A stretch of 27,213 bases of DNA, from assembly GCA_964370275.1 (NCBI GenBank), contig CAYJIQ010000002.1, positions 1 to 27,213 on the forward strand, read 5' to 3'. The position numbers and the translations under genes were made by a program. Positions 18,596-27,213 of the stretch are shown here, in pieces (positions within the stretch are counted from its first letter, which is position 1; each line of letters opens with the position of its first letter). This DNA comes from an uncultured Christensenellaceae bacterium. GTDB lineage: Bacteria > Bacillota > Clostridia > Christensenellales > Christensenellaceae. Under the pieces are notes generated by a model, which did no database searches, was not told the DNA's origin, and was given only the letters and a program-made list of their open reading frames with translations.

Positions 18596-18764
18596 TTCAG
18601 TTCTCCTGTTAATATTTTGAGACTTGCGTCTTTGTTTCCACCGTATATTATTAAGAAAAAAACGTGTTTTGTCAACGTTTATGTTGACTTTAAAGCAAAT
18701 AAGACATTATTTTACAGGTGATTTGAATATATTATAGGAAGAAAATTCAATTTCGGAGGATATT

Positions 18765-19673
18765 ATGATTTCAAACGGAACACGGGTTATATTAACGAGC
18801 AGGGAGCGTCGTCTGCTTGTCGAGCTTCAATATTCTAAGCAAAGAACCGTATTTGAGTTTAATTTGCTATCCGGCGCAAAAATTCTCGAGGGTACAATCG
18901 TGTTTTTTTATACGGAAAGAGAGTTTATCTCGGTGGACTTTTCAGGCAGGGGAAGCGTGGTTTTAGCAAAGCCGCTGAAATGCATTGCCCTGTTCCCAAC
19001 AAGCGGAGCGGCTATGCACTCTAAACTTTCTCACTCGTTTTGCTGGGAGAAGGCTCGCTCGGAATATATGCTCGCTCGCCCGGCAGACCGGTTCGCAAAA
19101 AACTACCCCGGCACGCAGGAAGATATTCCCCGGAATGCGCGCACCCCTCAAGACAAAGCTGCCTCCGAAAACAGGATTGACACCCGAGAAGAGGTCTACG
19201 CTCGCGAGGAAGACATGTTAGAGGTTTTGGGCGGTTCTTTTGGCGAGATGCAAAAAAAATGCGAGGAGCAAACGCACAAGATTGTCGAGGAAAACAAACA
19301 GCCCTCCCCCGAACTTTGCCACCTTCACGAAGAGGATATTTCAGACCAAATTCCCGCACACCTAAAAGTTCCAAAGGAAGATCCTTCAGAGCGGCTAAAC
19401 TGTCCGCTTATCCCTGAAACGAGCGACACCTCTCCGTTCGGGGATATGTTTCCGGGTACAAAATGGAGCAAAGTCGAATTCCCCGCATCTGCCGGAAAGT
19501 GGTACTACCTGCGCGGCGAGCACTTTGAAGGTGAGCATCTAAAAGCCGTCGGACTCGCAGTTCCCGGCACTTATAGCCCCAGAATTCCCGGATTCATGTC
19601 CTCTTCAAGCAAGTTTTATCCCATCTCGGGTTCGGGCATGGGCTACTGGGTAAGCTGGCAAAAACTCGAGTGA
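18765..19673 (+). CDS. Hypothetical protein: N-terminal beta-rich region, acidic/Pro linker, aromatic-rich C-terminal domain
   Basis: GGAGG RBS; 302 aa; C-terminal PF...W.KV...YYL.G...AVPG.Y...GYW pattern. Confidence 0.75.
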   Translation: MISNGTRVILTSRERRLLVELQYSKQRTVFEFNLLSGAKILEGTIVFFYTEREFISVDFSGRGSVVLAKPLKCIALFPTSGAAMHSKLSHSFCWEKARSEYMLARPADRFAKNYPGTQEDIPRNARTPQDKAASENRIDTREEVYAREEDMLEVLGGSFGEMQKKCEEQTHKIVEENKQPSPELCHLHEEDISDQIPAHLKVPKEDPSERLNCPLIPETSDTSPFGDMFPGTKWSKVEFPASAGKWYYLRGEHFEGEHLKAVGLAVPGTYSPRIPGFMSSSSKFYPISGSGMGYWVSWQKLE

Positions 19674-19711
19674 ATATTTTCAAACTCTCTGTCTTTAGTG
19701 CTGTTTGGTGG

Positions 19712-19740
19712 TTGATTATTTAGAGCTCATGTGGTATTAT
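19712..19740 (+). promoter_or_regulatory. sigmaA promoter of pfkA
   Basis: TTGATT-N17-TATTAT with TGTG extended -10. Confidence 0.65.
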
Positions 19741-19838
19741 TACGCTATAAGGAGAAGTGTATTGCTTTTTTCGCTTTTCTTTATCAGCTACGTGACAAAA
19801 ACTTTAAGGTTTGTCGTAATATACAAAGGGAGATTTTT

Positions 19839-20801
19839 ATGAGAAACATTGCGATTCTGACAAGTGGAGGAGATACTCCGGGAATGAACGCCGCAATATA
19901 CGCGGCAGTGAGGACGATTAAAGAAAACGGATACAAATCCTTTGGCGTAATGAAGGGTTATGCAGGACTCATGGAAGGTAGAATCGAGGAAATTCGCTCA
20001 AAGACTATAAGAGGCATCGCAACAACCGGCGGAACTATTTTAAAGACGGCAAGATGCGCAGAAATGAGAACAAAAGAGGGCCAACAAAAAGCAGTCGAAG
20101 TGCTTCGTGCGTTTGAGATCGACGGACTCGTTGTTGTCGGCGGAGACGGCTCTTTTATGGGCGCACACATCTTATCACATATGGGAGTTCCCGCTATCGG
20201 AGTTCCCGGAACCATAGACAACGACCTTGCATACACCGAATACACAATCGGATTTGACACTGCGGTTAACTGCGTAATTCAAGAAATCGAGAGAATCAGA
20301 GATACTATGAATTCGCACGAGAGAATCGGCATCATCGAGGTCATGGGAAACAAATGCGGAGACATTGCACTTAACGCGGGTCTTGCGGGTGGCGCAGAAT
20401 ATATCTTGCTCCCCGAAAAAGAATTTGACGTTGATAAAATCTGCAGCAGTCTGCTAAAGCGCAAGATTAAAGGCCAGATGACAAGCTTGATTCTCATCGC
20501 CGAAGGCGCAGGCAAAGGCGAAGCACTGGCAAACTACATACGTGCAAAAACGTCGCTAGACGCAAAGGCAATCGTGCTGGGTCATGTCCAAAGAGGCGGC
20601 GAGCCGACATTCTTTGACAGAAAAATCGCTATTACGATGGCAATCCGCGCAGTTGAATTGCTAATCGAAGGTGCGGCAGGTCGAGTTGTCGGAATCAGCA
20701 ACAACAAAGTCATGGACATGGACATAGACGAAGCGCTCGCATGTAAAATGGAATTTGACGACAAGCTTTATGCAGAGCACAAAATGCTTTCAAAAAATTA
20801 G
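19839..20801 (+). CDS. pfkA: ATP-dependent 6-phosphofructokinase
   Basis: LTSGGDTPGMN, GGTILKTAR, GGDGS, PGTIDND and LGHVQRGG; start at MRNIAI behind a GGGAG RBS. Confidence 0.95.
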   Translation: MRNIAILTSGGDTPGMNAAIYAAVRTIKENGYKSFGVMKGYAGLMEGRIEEIRSKTIRGIATTGGTILKTARCAEMRTKEGQQKAVEVLRAFEIDGLVVVGGDGSFMGAHILSHMGVPAIGVPGTIDNDLAYTEYTIGFDTAVNCVIQEIERIRDTMNSHERIGIIEVMGNKCGDIALNAGLAGGAEYILLPEKEFDVDKICSSLLKRKIKGQMTSLILIAEGAGKGEALANYIRAKTSLDAKAIVLGHVQRGGEPTFFDRKIAITMAIRAVELLIEGAAGRVVGISNNKVMDMDIDEALACKMEFDDKLYAEHKMLSKN

Positions 20802-20836
20802 CTTTAAACACGCTTTAATAAACAAAACGAACCAAG

Positions 20837-20876
20837 CAAAAATCCCCCTTAATCTCGGGGGATTTTTGTGTTTTTT
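20837..20876. terminator. Intrinsic terminator after pfkA, likely bidirectional
   Basis: CAAAAATCCCCC-N8-GGGGGATTTTTG followed by a T tract. Confidence 0.88.
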
Positions 20877-20918
20877 AGCTGTATTCACACCGTTGTCTAA
20901 AAACCATAGGTGCTAAAA

Positions 20919-21779
20919 TTATTCATCCTCTTGCGTCAAGAGCAGTCCCCACTTTTCGGCAACTTCCTCGAAGTATCCCTCGCTTCTCATCTGCTCGATT
21001 TCCGCATTTAAGAGCTCAAACATCGGGTCGGCATCCCTCCAAATTATTGGCGAGTAGGGAACGTGTGTTATCACGTCATCTATGAGTTTGAGCGAAGTGT
21101 CCGTCATCTTGTAGTAGCCCGAAAATACACCCGTGCTGATTCCAAGCTGGACAGATTCGTTTGCGTCCGCATAAGACGCCGAACTAACGAGATCCACATC
21201 AGATATTCCTCTTTCTTCGAGTGCTGATTGTACGTCGGACTTCAAAATGTCGCTCACCATCACAAGCGCGCGCCTGCCCGCCAAGTTTGAAACGGGCATG
21301 TTTTTATTCCCCTCGGCGACGTATAGGTACACGGGATCTTCGTAGTATGACGAACATATATCAAGCCCCAAAGTTTTTGTAACTCCGCTCGTCATCATGC
21401 CAAACGCAATATCTATCTGCTCGGTTTTTAATGCATAGGCGGTTATCTGGTCGCTTATTTCCACGTATTTTACCGAAACAGTGTCTCCGTAGAGTCTTGA
21501 GATAATTTCCCGAGCAACCTCCGCTTCAAATCCGGTAAAGCTTCCGTCTTCCGTCATGCTGCAAAACGGAGTTCCCGTAACAAGCCCGACGGTTATATTC
21601 CCCTCTTGGTATGCATCAGTCTCCTCTATGGTCGGCGCTCTTGTCGCATCAATTATTAAAAACGCAACTATTCCTACTATAATCGCCGCAACTATGCCTA
21701 ATATTAGCTTTGCATATTGCTGGTTCATAAAGAAGGCTATATACTGTTTTGCAATGTTCGTATTTCTGCGACGTCTCAC
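20919..21779 (-). CDS. Polar amino-acid ABC transporter substrate-binding protein (family 3), membrane anchored
   Basis: GNITVG...PF...GFEAEVAREI, ALKTEQIDIA and GYFEEVAEKW; basic N-terminus then a TM helix; AGGAGG RBS. Confidence 0.82.
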   Translation of the reverse strand: MRRRRNTNIAKQYIAFFMNQQYAKLILGIVAAIIVGIVAFLIIDATRAPTIEETDAYQEGNITVGLVTGTPFCSMTEDGSFTGFEAEVAREIISRLYGDTVSVKYVEISDQITAYALKTEQIDIAFGMMTSGVTKTLGLDICSSYYEDPVYLYVAEGNKNMPVSNLAGRRALVMVSDILKSDVQSALEERGISDVDLVSSASYADANESVQLGISTGVFSGYYKMTDTSLKLIDDVITHVPYSPIIWRDADPMFELLNAEIEQMRSEGYFEEVAEKWGLLLTQEDE

Positions 21780-21790
21780 TCACTTCCTCC

Positions 21791-22279
21791 TTATTGGTTT
21801 TCGTAACAATCCAAAATTTCTGCGAAGTACAGCGTGTGCAAATTTCCATTCGGGTAATGTTGTGCGACTTCGGGACAAAGGTCTTCCTTCATGTCCTGAG
21901 TGTATAGCGTTTTGCACTCGTATACCCAGCCGCACTGCTCGATGTTTGGCACTTCGACTTTGTTTGAAGGTTTAAAGGTAAGCCCGAGTTCCTTTGCTTT
22001 GTCAAAATCCCTTCCGGACTTGCTTCCGCAAAAGCCGAGTTCCTGCTTCATCTCCCCTTCTTTTGGAAGACAAACCGTAAACACGCCCTCGTCCATAAGC
22101 GAATATGTATACCTTGACGGGCGCACCATAACCATGATTACCGGTTTTTTCCATACGTAGCCGGTTGTAGCCCAGCCGATCGTCATAATGTTTGGAGTTT
22201 CCTTTCCCGCAACCAAAAACGCTCCGCCGTTTTCCATGCTCAATTCAAATCTTTCAAATGCCTTTTCATGTCCTACCAT
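21791..22279 (-). CDS. Flavin reductase/flavoredoxin family protein
   Basis: NIMTIGW, VRPSRYT, CGSKSGRDFDK and HTLYFAEI. Confidence 0.92.
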   Translation of the reverse strand: MVGHEKAFERFELSMENGGAFLVAGKETPNIMTIGWATTGYVWKKPVIMVMVRPSRYTYSLMDEGVFTVCLPKEGEMKQELGFCGSKSGRDFDKAKELGLTFKPSNKVEVPNIEQCGWVYECKTLYTQDMKEDLCPEVAQHYPNGNLHTLYFAEILDCYENQ

Positions 22280-22498
22280 GTGCGCACCTCTTTCACAATT
22301 ATTATAGAGCGCCTCTAAAATTCACTGTACGAACCGAAGCGCCATTTATTTATTATACATTATATGTGGCGTCAATACAATTTGTTTTCCATAATAATTT
22401 CCATTTTGCGATTTTTGTGATAGAATAAATATGTGTTATAAATACTATTAGGTTTGGCAATAGTAGTGATAATAACATACAAACTAATGGAGATAATA

Positions 22499-24220
22499 AT
22501 GACAGTAGACGCAATTATACTCGCACAAGTTGTGAGAGAGCTTAGACAAAGAACGGTTACGGCGAAGATAGAAAAAGTTCACCAGCCGACAAAAGACGAA
22601 CTCGCATTCATCTTGCACACAAAGGACGGAAAAAAGCGACTTGTCCTTAGTGCGGATGCTTCAGACGCAAGGATACACATAACTTCAACCTCAAAGGAAA
22701 ATCCGCAAACTGCGCCGAATTTTTGTATGCTTCTTAGAAAGCACATCGCGGGCGGGAGGATAACGGCAGTCGAGCAACACGGGCTCGAGCGCATCGTTAA
22801 GCTGTCTGTTGCCGCAAGAGACGAGATGGGACACGAGACGAGTTATTCGGTTATATGCGAGATTATGGGCAAGCACTCAAACGTTATACTTGTTAACGCC
22901 GAGGGCAAAATTCTCGACGCACTAAAGCGAGTAAACCCCGAACAGAGCAGAGTAAGACAGGTACTTCCCGGAATGAAATATACGCTTCCGCCGTGTGAAA
23001 AGCTTTCCCCGCTTACCGCATCTGTCACGACGATTTCTGAGCTTATCTGCCAACCTATCGAACTGAGCATAATTTCTAACTTGGCGGGTATGAACAGGGT
23101 TTGCGTAAATGAAATATTATACAGAAGGCCGGTCAGCGAACTTACGCAAAACCGCAAAGATTCGCTCGCAGAGCAGATAAAAAACCTCGTTACACAGGCG
23201 ATGGAAAACCCAATGCCCTGTGTGTACTTTGATGGCGACAAACCGGTTGCGTTTACCCCTCTAAAATATGCCTCTTTTGAAGGATACAGATGTGCGATCT
23301 TTCCCGATGCCAACAGCGCACTAGACAGATACTACACTTGCAAGGAAACCTACGCTCGCGTCAAACAAAAACGCGATTCGCTGCTCAGGCTTGTAAACAA
23401 GCATACATCCCGAGTTGCAAAGAAGTTAAAGTATCAATTAGAAACGCTAAAAGAGGCTGATGGCGCAGAGCAATACCGCATAAACGGAGAGCTGATAACG
23501 GCAAATTTGTACCGAATCGACCGAGGAACAAAGCAGATTGAGGCGGATAACTACTATACAGGCGAAAAACAGGCGATTACACTGGACACAACAATTACCC
23601 CCGCCGCAAACGCACAGCGATGTTTTAAAAAGTACAACAAGTTAAACAACGCGAGAAAGATCGCCGTTAAACTCGCCCATGACTACGAGCAGGAGATCTC
23701 GCTTCTTGAAAACGCCGCATATAACCTCTCTATAGCAAAGAGCCTTGAGGAGCTTGAAGAACTTCGGCAGGAGCTTGCAAAATTCGGATACGTCGAGCTT
23801 GGCAAGGCTGAAAAGCCCAGAGTTTCAGACCCGCTCGCAAAGCCGCTTTCCTTTGTTTCAAGCGATGGTTTTAAGATTTTTGCGGGTAGAAATTCCAGGC
23901 AAAACGACGCACTCACCATGAAAGTTGCCGCCGCAACCGACCTTTGGTTTCACGCAAGGAACATCCCCGGCTCTCACATTTTGCTAATAACAGAGGGAAA
24001 AGAAGTTCCCGATAACACGTTAGTCGAAGCCGCCGTCATCGCCGCATACTATTCGAGCGCAAAGACGGGAGGAAAGGCAGACATCGACTACTGTTTGCGC
24101 AAAAACGTTTGGAAGGCAAACGGAGCAAAGCCGGGACTCGTGTATTACGAACATCACAACTCGATCTCGGTCCCTATAGACGAAGCCCTTGTTGAAAAAT
24201 TAAGAGCCGGAGAGGAATAA
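22499..24220 (+). CDS. rqcH: Ribosome quality-control protein RqcH (NFACT/FbpA family)
   Basis: KVHQP, FCMLLRKH, EIMGKHSN, GRNSRQND and WFHARNIPGSH; GGAG RBS before ATG 22499. Confidence 0.94.
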   Translation: MTVDAIILAQVVRELRQRTVTAKIEKVHQPTKDELAFILHTKDGKKRLVLSADASDARIHITSTSKENPQTAPNFCMLLRKHIAGGRITAVEQHGLERIVKLSVAARDEMGHETSYSVICEIMGKHSNVILVNAEGKILDALKRVNPEQSRVRQVLPGMKYTLPPCEKLSPLTASVTTISELICQPIELSIISNLAGMNRVCVNEILYRRPVSELTQNRKDSLAEQIKNLVTQAMENPMPCVYFDGDKPVAFTPLKYASFEGYRCAIFPDANSALDRYYTCKETYARVKQKRDSLLRLVNKHTSRVAKKLKYQLETLKEADGAEQYRINGELITANLYRIDRGTKQIEADNYYTGEKQAITLDTTITPAANAQRCFKKYNKLNNARKIAVKLAHDYEQEISLLENAAYNLSIAKSLEELEELRQELAKFGYVELGKAEKPRVSDPLAKPLSFVSSDGFKIFAGRNSRQNDALTMKVAAATDLWFHARNIPGSHILLITEGKEVPDNTLVEAAVIAAYYSSAKTGGKADIDYCLRKNVWKANGAKPGLVYYEHHNSISVPIDEALVEKLRAGEE

Positions 24221-24226
24221 CGAACC

Positions 24227-25258
24227 ATGAAAGAATTTTGGAGCAAAAAGGCGCAGACACTTACGCCATATGTTGCAGGCGAGCAGCCGGCTATAAAGAA
24301 CTTGATAAAGCTCAACACAAACGAAAACCCCTATCCCCCTTCGCCCAAAGCTGTGGAGGCAGTGAGGAATTTTGATGCGTCTAAACTTGCACTTTACCCG
24401 AGGACGGACGGCGGTGTCTTTCGCAGCGCAGTTGCAAAATACCACGGAGTCGACGAGAAAAACGTCTTTTGCTCAAACGGCTCGGACGAGGTTTTAGGTT
24501 TTGCGTTTCAGGCTTTTTTTGACAAAAATGTGTGTACGCCGAGCGTTGGCTACAGCTTTTATCCCGTTTGGGCGGAGCTTTTTGATATAGACATGAAGTT
24601 CGTCCCCATGAACGACGACTTTAGCATCAACATAGAGCAGTTTTGCGGCAATGGCGCGGTCATCGCAAACCCCAACGCACCGACGGGCATCGCTCTTAAC
24701 CTGCAACAGATAGAGCAGATTTTGGCACAGACCGACGGAGTTGTTATCATCGACGAGGCTTATGTCGACTTCGGCGCGCATTCTGCTCTTTCCCTACTCA
24801 GCAAACACAAAAATTTGGTCGTCACCCGCACACTTTCAAAGGGACACTCCCTTGCGGGTATTCGCATGGGCTATGCCCTCGCACACGAGCACCTTATAAC
24901 GGCTCTTGAATGCGTAAAGGACAGCTTTAACTCATATCCAACAGACATGTTGGCGCAGGAGATTTCAGCGCAGGCGATTTTAGACACACAATACCACCGC
25001 GAAAACTGCGAAAAGATAATTAAGACCAGGGAGTTTGTCTCAAATCGTATGCAGGAATTGGGGTTTGACGTTCTGCCTTCCTCTGCGAATTTTATTTTTG
25101 CCGAGCACAAAGTTTTGCGCGCGGAGGTTATTTATGCAAAGTTGCGTGAGCAAGGAATACTTGTTCGACACTTTAAGGCGAAGGGCATTGATAATTTTCT
25201 TAGGATAACTATTGGGTTGCGTGAGGATATGGAGAGGATGTTAGAGATTTTGGTCTAG
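24227..25258 (+). CDS. hisC: Histidinol-phosphate aminotransferase
   Basis: KLNTNENPY, NGSDE, NPNAPTG, DEAY, RTLSK...LAGIRMG and LRITIG. Confidence 0.94.
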   Translation: MKEFWSKKAQTLTPYVAGEQPAIKNLIKLNTNENPYPPSPKAVEAVRNFDASKLALYPRTDGGVFRSAVAKYHGVDEKNVFCSNGSDEVLGFAFQAFFDKNVCTPSVGYSFYPVWAELFDIDMKFVPMNDDFSINIEQFCGNGAVIANPNAPTGIALNLQQIEQILAQTDGVVIIDEAYVDFGAHSALSLLSKHKNLVVTRTLSKGHSLAGIRMGYALAHEHLITALECVKDSFNSYPTDMLAQEISAQAILDTQYHRENCEKIIKTREFVSNRMQELGFDVLPSSANFIFAEHKVLRAEVIYAKLREQGILVRHFKAKGIDNFLRITIGLREDMERMLEILV

Positions 25259-25317
25259 TCGACAAATCCGTTGTGTAGGCTAAATGTTCTGCATCAACAA
25301 AACCGTTAAACTCTCTC

Positions 25318-25516
25318 TTTTGCCCGCAAACGCGAAGCGGGCGAAACGGCAAAACTATCGGCAAACAACCCCTACAAAACAAAGTTTTGTCAGCAGGGTT
25401 CTTAGGGTCTTACGTCTTGCGCGCCCTGTGGGCGATGAAGCAAGACGTAAGACCAGTGAGAAAAGGAGTCCGCAGAGCTAAAATGACAAGACGATAGCGG
25501 ACGACTATTTCGAACT
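25318..25516. repeat. Cluster of four stem-loops between hisC and mfd (REP/MITE-like element or structured RNA)
   Basis: TTTTGCCCGC/GCGGGCGAAA; ACAAAAC/GTTTTGT; perfect 15-bp GGTCTTACGTCTTGC/GCAAGACGTAAGACC; GTCCGC/GCGGAC extended through tandem GA mismatches. Confidence 0.65.
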
Positions 25517-25604
25517 GAGGGACAGTTTGGGCAGAGCTCAAGGTCTTCCTTTAGTGCCTGAAGTCTTAATATTAGAAGTCTTAATGTCTTAAAAGGTAAG
25601 AATA

Positions 25605-27213
25605 ATGAAGTGTATTTTAGATAAGCTTTCCGAGCAGGAATTTTTTAAAAAGATAATATCAAGCGACAAGGTGTCGGTGGAAGGTTTGGCGGGGGGGCTC
25701 ACACCGCATCTTTTGCACGCCATTTCGGAGCATACAGAGCGCAGCGTGGTATATGTATGCGCAAACGACCTGAGCGCGAAGACGGCATCAAGAGAATATT
25801 TATACACCAACGGAGTATATTTACCCTCTCCCTCCCCCGAGATGAGCCATGTCGAAGCTCGAGCAAACGAGATTAGCGCAGCAAGAGTTTATGCCATTTC
25901 AAAGATGACAATGGGGAGGTGTGTTGCCTTTTTGTCGCCCGATGCGCTCATGAGCAAACTTTGCCCGAAGAGCCAATTCTTCTCGTTGCACTTTGAGCTG
26001 GAAGCCGGACAGGTTGTCCCGCCAAAAACTCTCGCAGAAAAATTTGCAAGGGGCGGCTATAGAAGAGTTTCGCTCATCGAAGGCAGAGGACAGTTTTCCG
26101 GACGAGGCGAAATTCTTGAAATCTACACAGAATCTTCTCCCTACCGCATAACGTTTTTCGACGACGAAATCGAAAGCATAAAAAGGTTCGACCCCGAAAC
26201 ACAGCGTTCGTACGGAGAGGAACTTTCCCGCATAAGCATTCATCCCGCAGAGGAAGTAACCCCAAGCGAAGAGGCAAAGCAAAAACTTACGCAATACTTA
26301 AATTCCTGCGAACCGCTCAGCTCGGTTGCGCACAGATATAACTTTGAACTTGAAGAATGGGGCAGATTCCCCAACATAGAGGCGTTTGTCGGCGTGATGG
26401 ACTACTCCGACATAGTGACCGCCTACCTCCAAAACCCGATTGTTATTTTTGCGGACATGGCACACGTCTTTGCCGAGGATACACGCAGACTTGACGACAG
26501 ATTAAAGCTTTTTGCGTCCGTTTTGGACACAGGCGGCGCTTTTGGATGCGAAAATTCATGGCGGTACGACTTGGAAGAATTCACAAAGAGAAATGTCTGC
26601 ACCATAGACATCTCGGGGCTGCGCGCGCACTTTAAAAACAGGATTTCGGCAAATGTGCGGCAGGCTGTCGGGTTTGTAGGCGACATGCACGCACTTGCAC
26701 AGGCAGTAAAAGCTCGTGCCAAAACAGGCTCGGTCTACATGTTTGCAGGCGGTCGTGCGGCATCGCTTTCAAACGAACTGCTCGAGCACGGAATTGAAGC
26801 TCCTCTCACCGACGGCAACCTAAGTGCAAAAGTCGGCGGAGTTTGGAGCGTGAGCGCGAAGCTTTCTTCCGGATTTGAGCTTGCAGACTCGCTATTCCTA
26901 AGCGAATGCGACATATTTGCTCACCGCACTTCCTCTCATAAAAAGACAGCTAAAAAGGCAAAAAACCTAGAAGACTTCCTTGCAGATATTCATGTCGGCG
27001 ATGTCGTCGTCCACGAAATTCAGGGAAAAGGTCGATTTCTCGGCGTTAAAACAATGGACGTTGCGGGGGTCAAGGCGGACTACCTTGAGCTTGAATACAA
27101 AGGCGGGGACACTCTTTTTGTCCAAACATCGCAGATAGACCGAGTTCAAAAATACATTGGCCCGGGAGACGAAAACGCGCAACTTTCAAAGCTCGGCGGA
27201 AAAGAGTGGGAAA
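25605..27213 (+). CDS. mfd: Transcription-repair coupling factor Mfd, 5' part (runs off the window; not in ORF track)
   Basis: AAAGGT RBS and ATG at 25605; UvrB-homology region (GQFSGRGEILEIY, RITFFDDEIESIKRFDPETQRS) and RNAP-interaction domain (VGDVVVHEIQGKGRFLG...LSKLGGKEWE) in the same frame. Confidence 0.94.
   Translation, partial: MKCILDKLSEQEFFKKIISSDKVSVEGLAGGLTPHLLHAISEHTERSVVYVCANDLSAKTASREYLYTNGVYLPSPSPEMSHVEARANEISAARVYAISKMTMGRCVAFLSPDALMSKLCPKSQFFSLHFELEAGQVVPPKTLAEKFARGGYRRVSLIEGRGQFSGRGEILEIYTESSPYRITFFDDEIESIKRFDPETQRSYGEELSRISIHPAEEVTPSEEAKQKLTQYLNSCEPLSSVAHRYNFELEEWGRFPNIEAFVGVMDYSDIVTAYLQNPIVIFADMAHVFAEDTRRLDDRLKLFASVLDTGGAFGCENSWRYDLEEFTKRNVCTIDISGLRAHFKNRISANVRQAVGFVGDMHALAQAVKARAKTGSVYMFAGGRAASLSNELLEHGIEAPLTDGNLSAKVGGVWSVSAKLSSGFELADSLFLSECDIFAHRTSSHKKTAKKAKNLEDFLADIHVGDVVVHEIQGKGRFLGVKTMDVAGVKADYLELEYKGGDTLFVQTSQIDRVQKYIGPGDENAQLSKLGGKEWE

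Noticed and set aside
25406..25454. CTTACGT/ACGTAAG half-sites upstream of mfd as an operator of the CI-like repressor
   Set aside because: The half-sites are 29 nt apart rather than 3 and are part of a longer hairpin stem; probably coincidental.
25284..25481. 65-aa ORF between hisC and mfd
   Set aside because: No convincing RBS or protein motif; it runs through the hairpin cluster.
25589..27182. Minus-strand ORFs in the final 1.6 kb
   Set aside because: They are shadows of the plus-strand mfd frame.
1..27213. CRISPR arrays, tRNA/rRNA genes, transposases; the many short antisense ORFs inside large genes
   Set aside because: No regularly spaced repeats, cloverleaf/rRNA signatures or transposase motifs seen; the nested ORFs lack recognisable motifs and overlap well-supported genes.

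Overview
Mostly housekeeping chromosome of a low-GC Gram-positive anaerobe (Clostridia-like, inferred from gene content and promoter/RBS style). Genes: nnr, XRE regulator, Spo0E-like small protein, cimA, fprA, M28 and M14 peptidases, acyl-CoA thioesterase, a cold-shock protein, an ileS-secA-GDPD-ung-gltX run on the minus strand, a hypothetical protein, pfkA, an orphan ABC substrate-binding protein, a flavin reductase, rqcH, hisC and the 5' part of mfd (missing from the ORF track). The most notable feature is at 7129-8678: a stand-alone phage-type switch. It has a CI-like HTH+S24 repressor with intact self-cleavage motifs, divergent promoters carrying four TTRCGT-N3-ACGTAA operator-like boxes, an unannotated 53-aa acidic ORF and a RinA/ArpU-like activator. 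No integrase, replication or structural phage genes flank it, so it may be a domesticated DNA-damage relay acting on a distant locus. Other points: a multi-hairpin element upstream of mfd, long palindromes around an AT-rich islet at 1.45-2.2 kb, and three same-type T>G changes that break conserved motifs in CimA and SecA (probable sequencing errors). All family assignments come from motif recognition; no database search was run.
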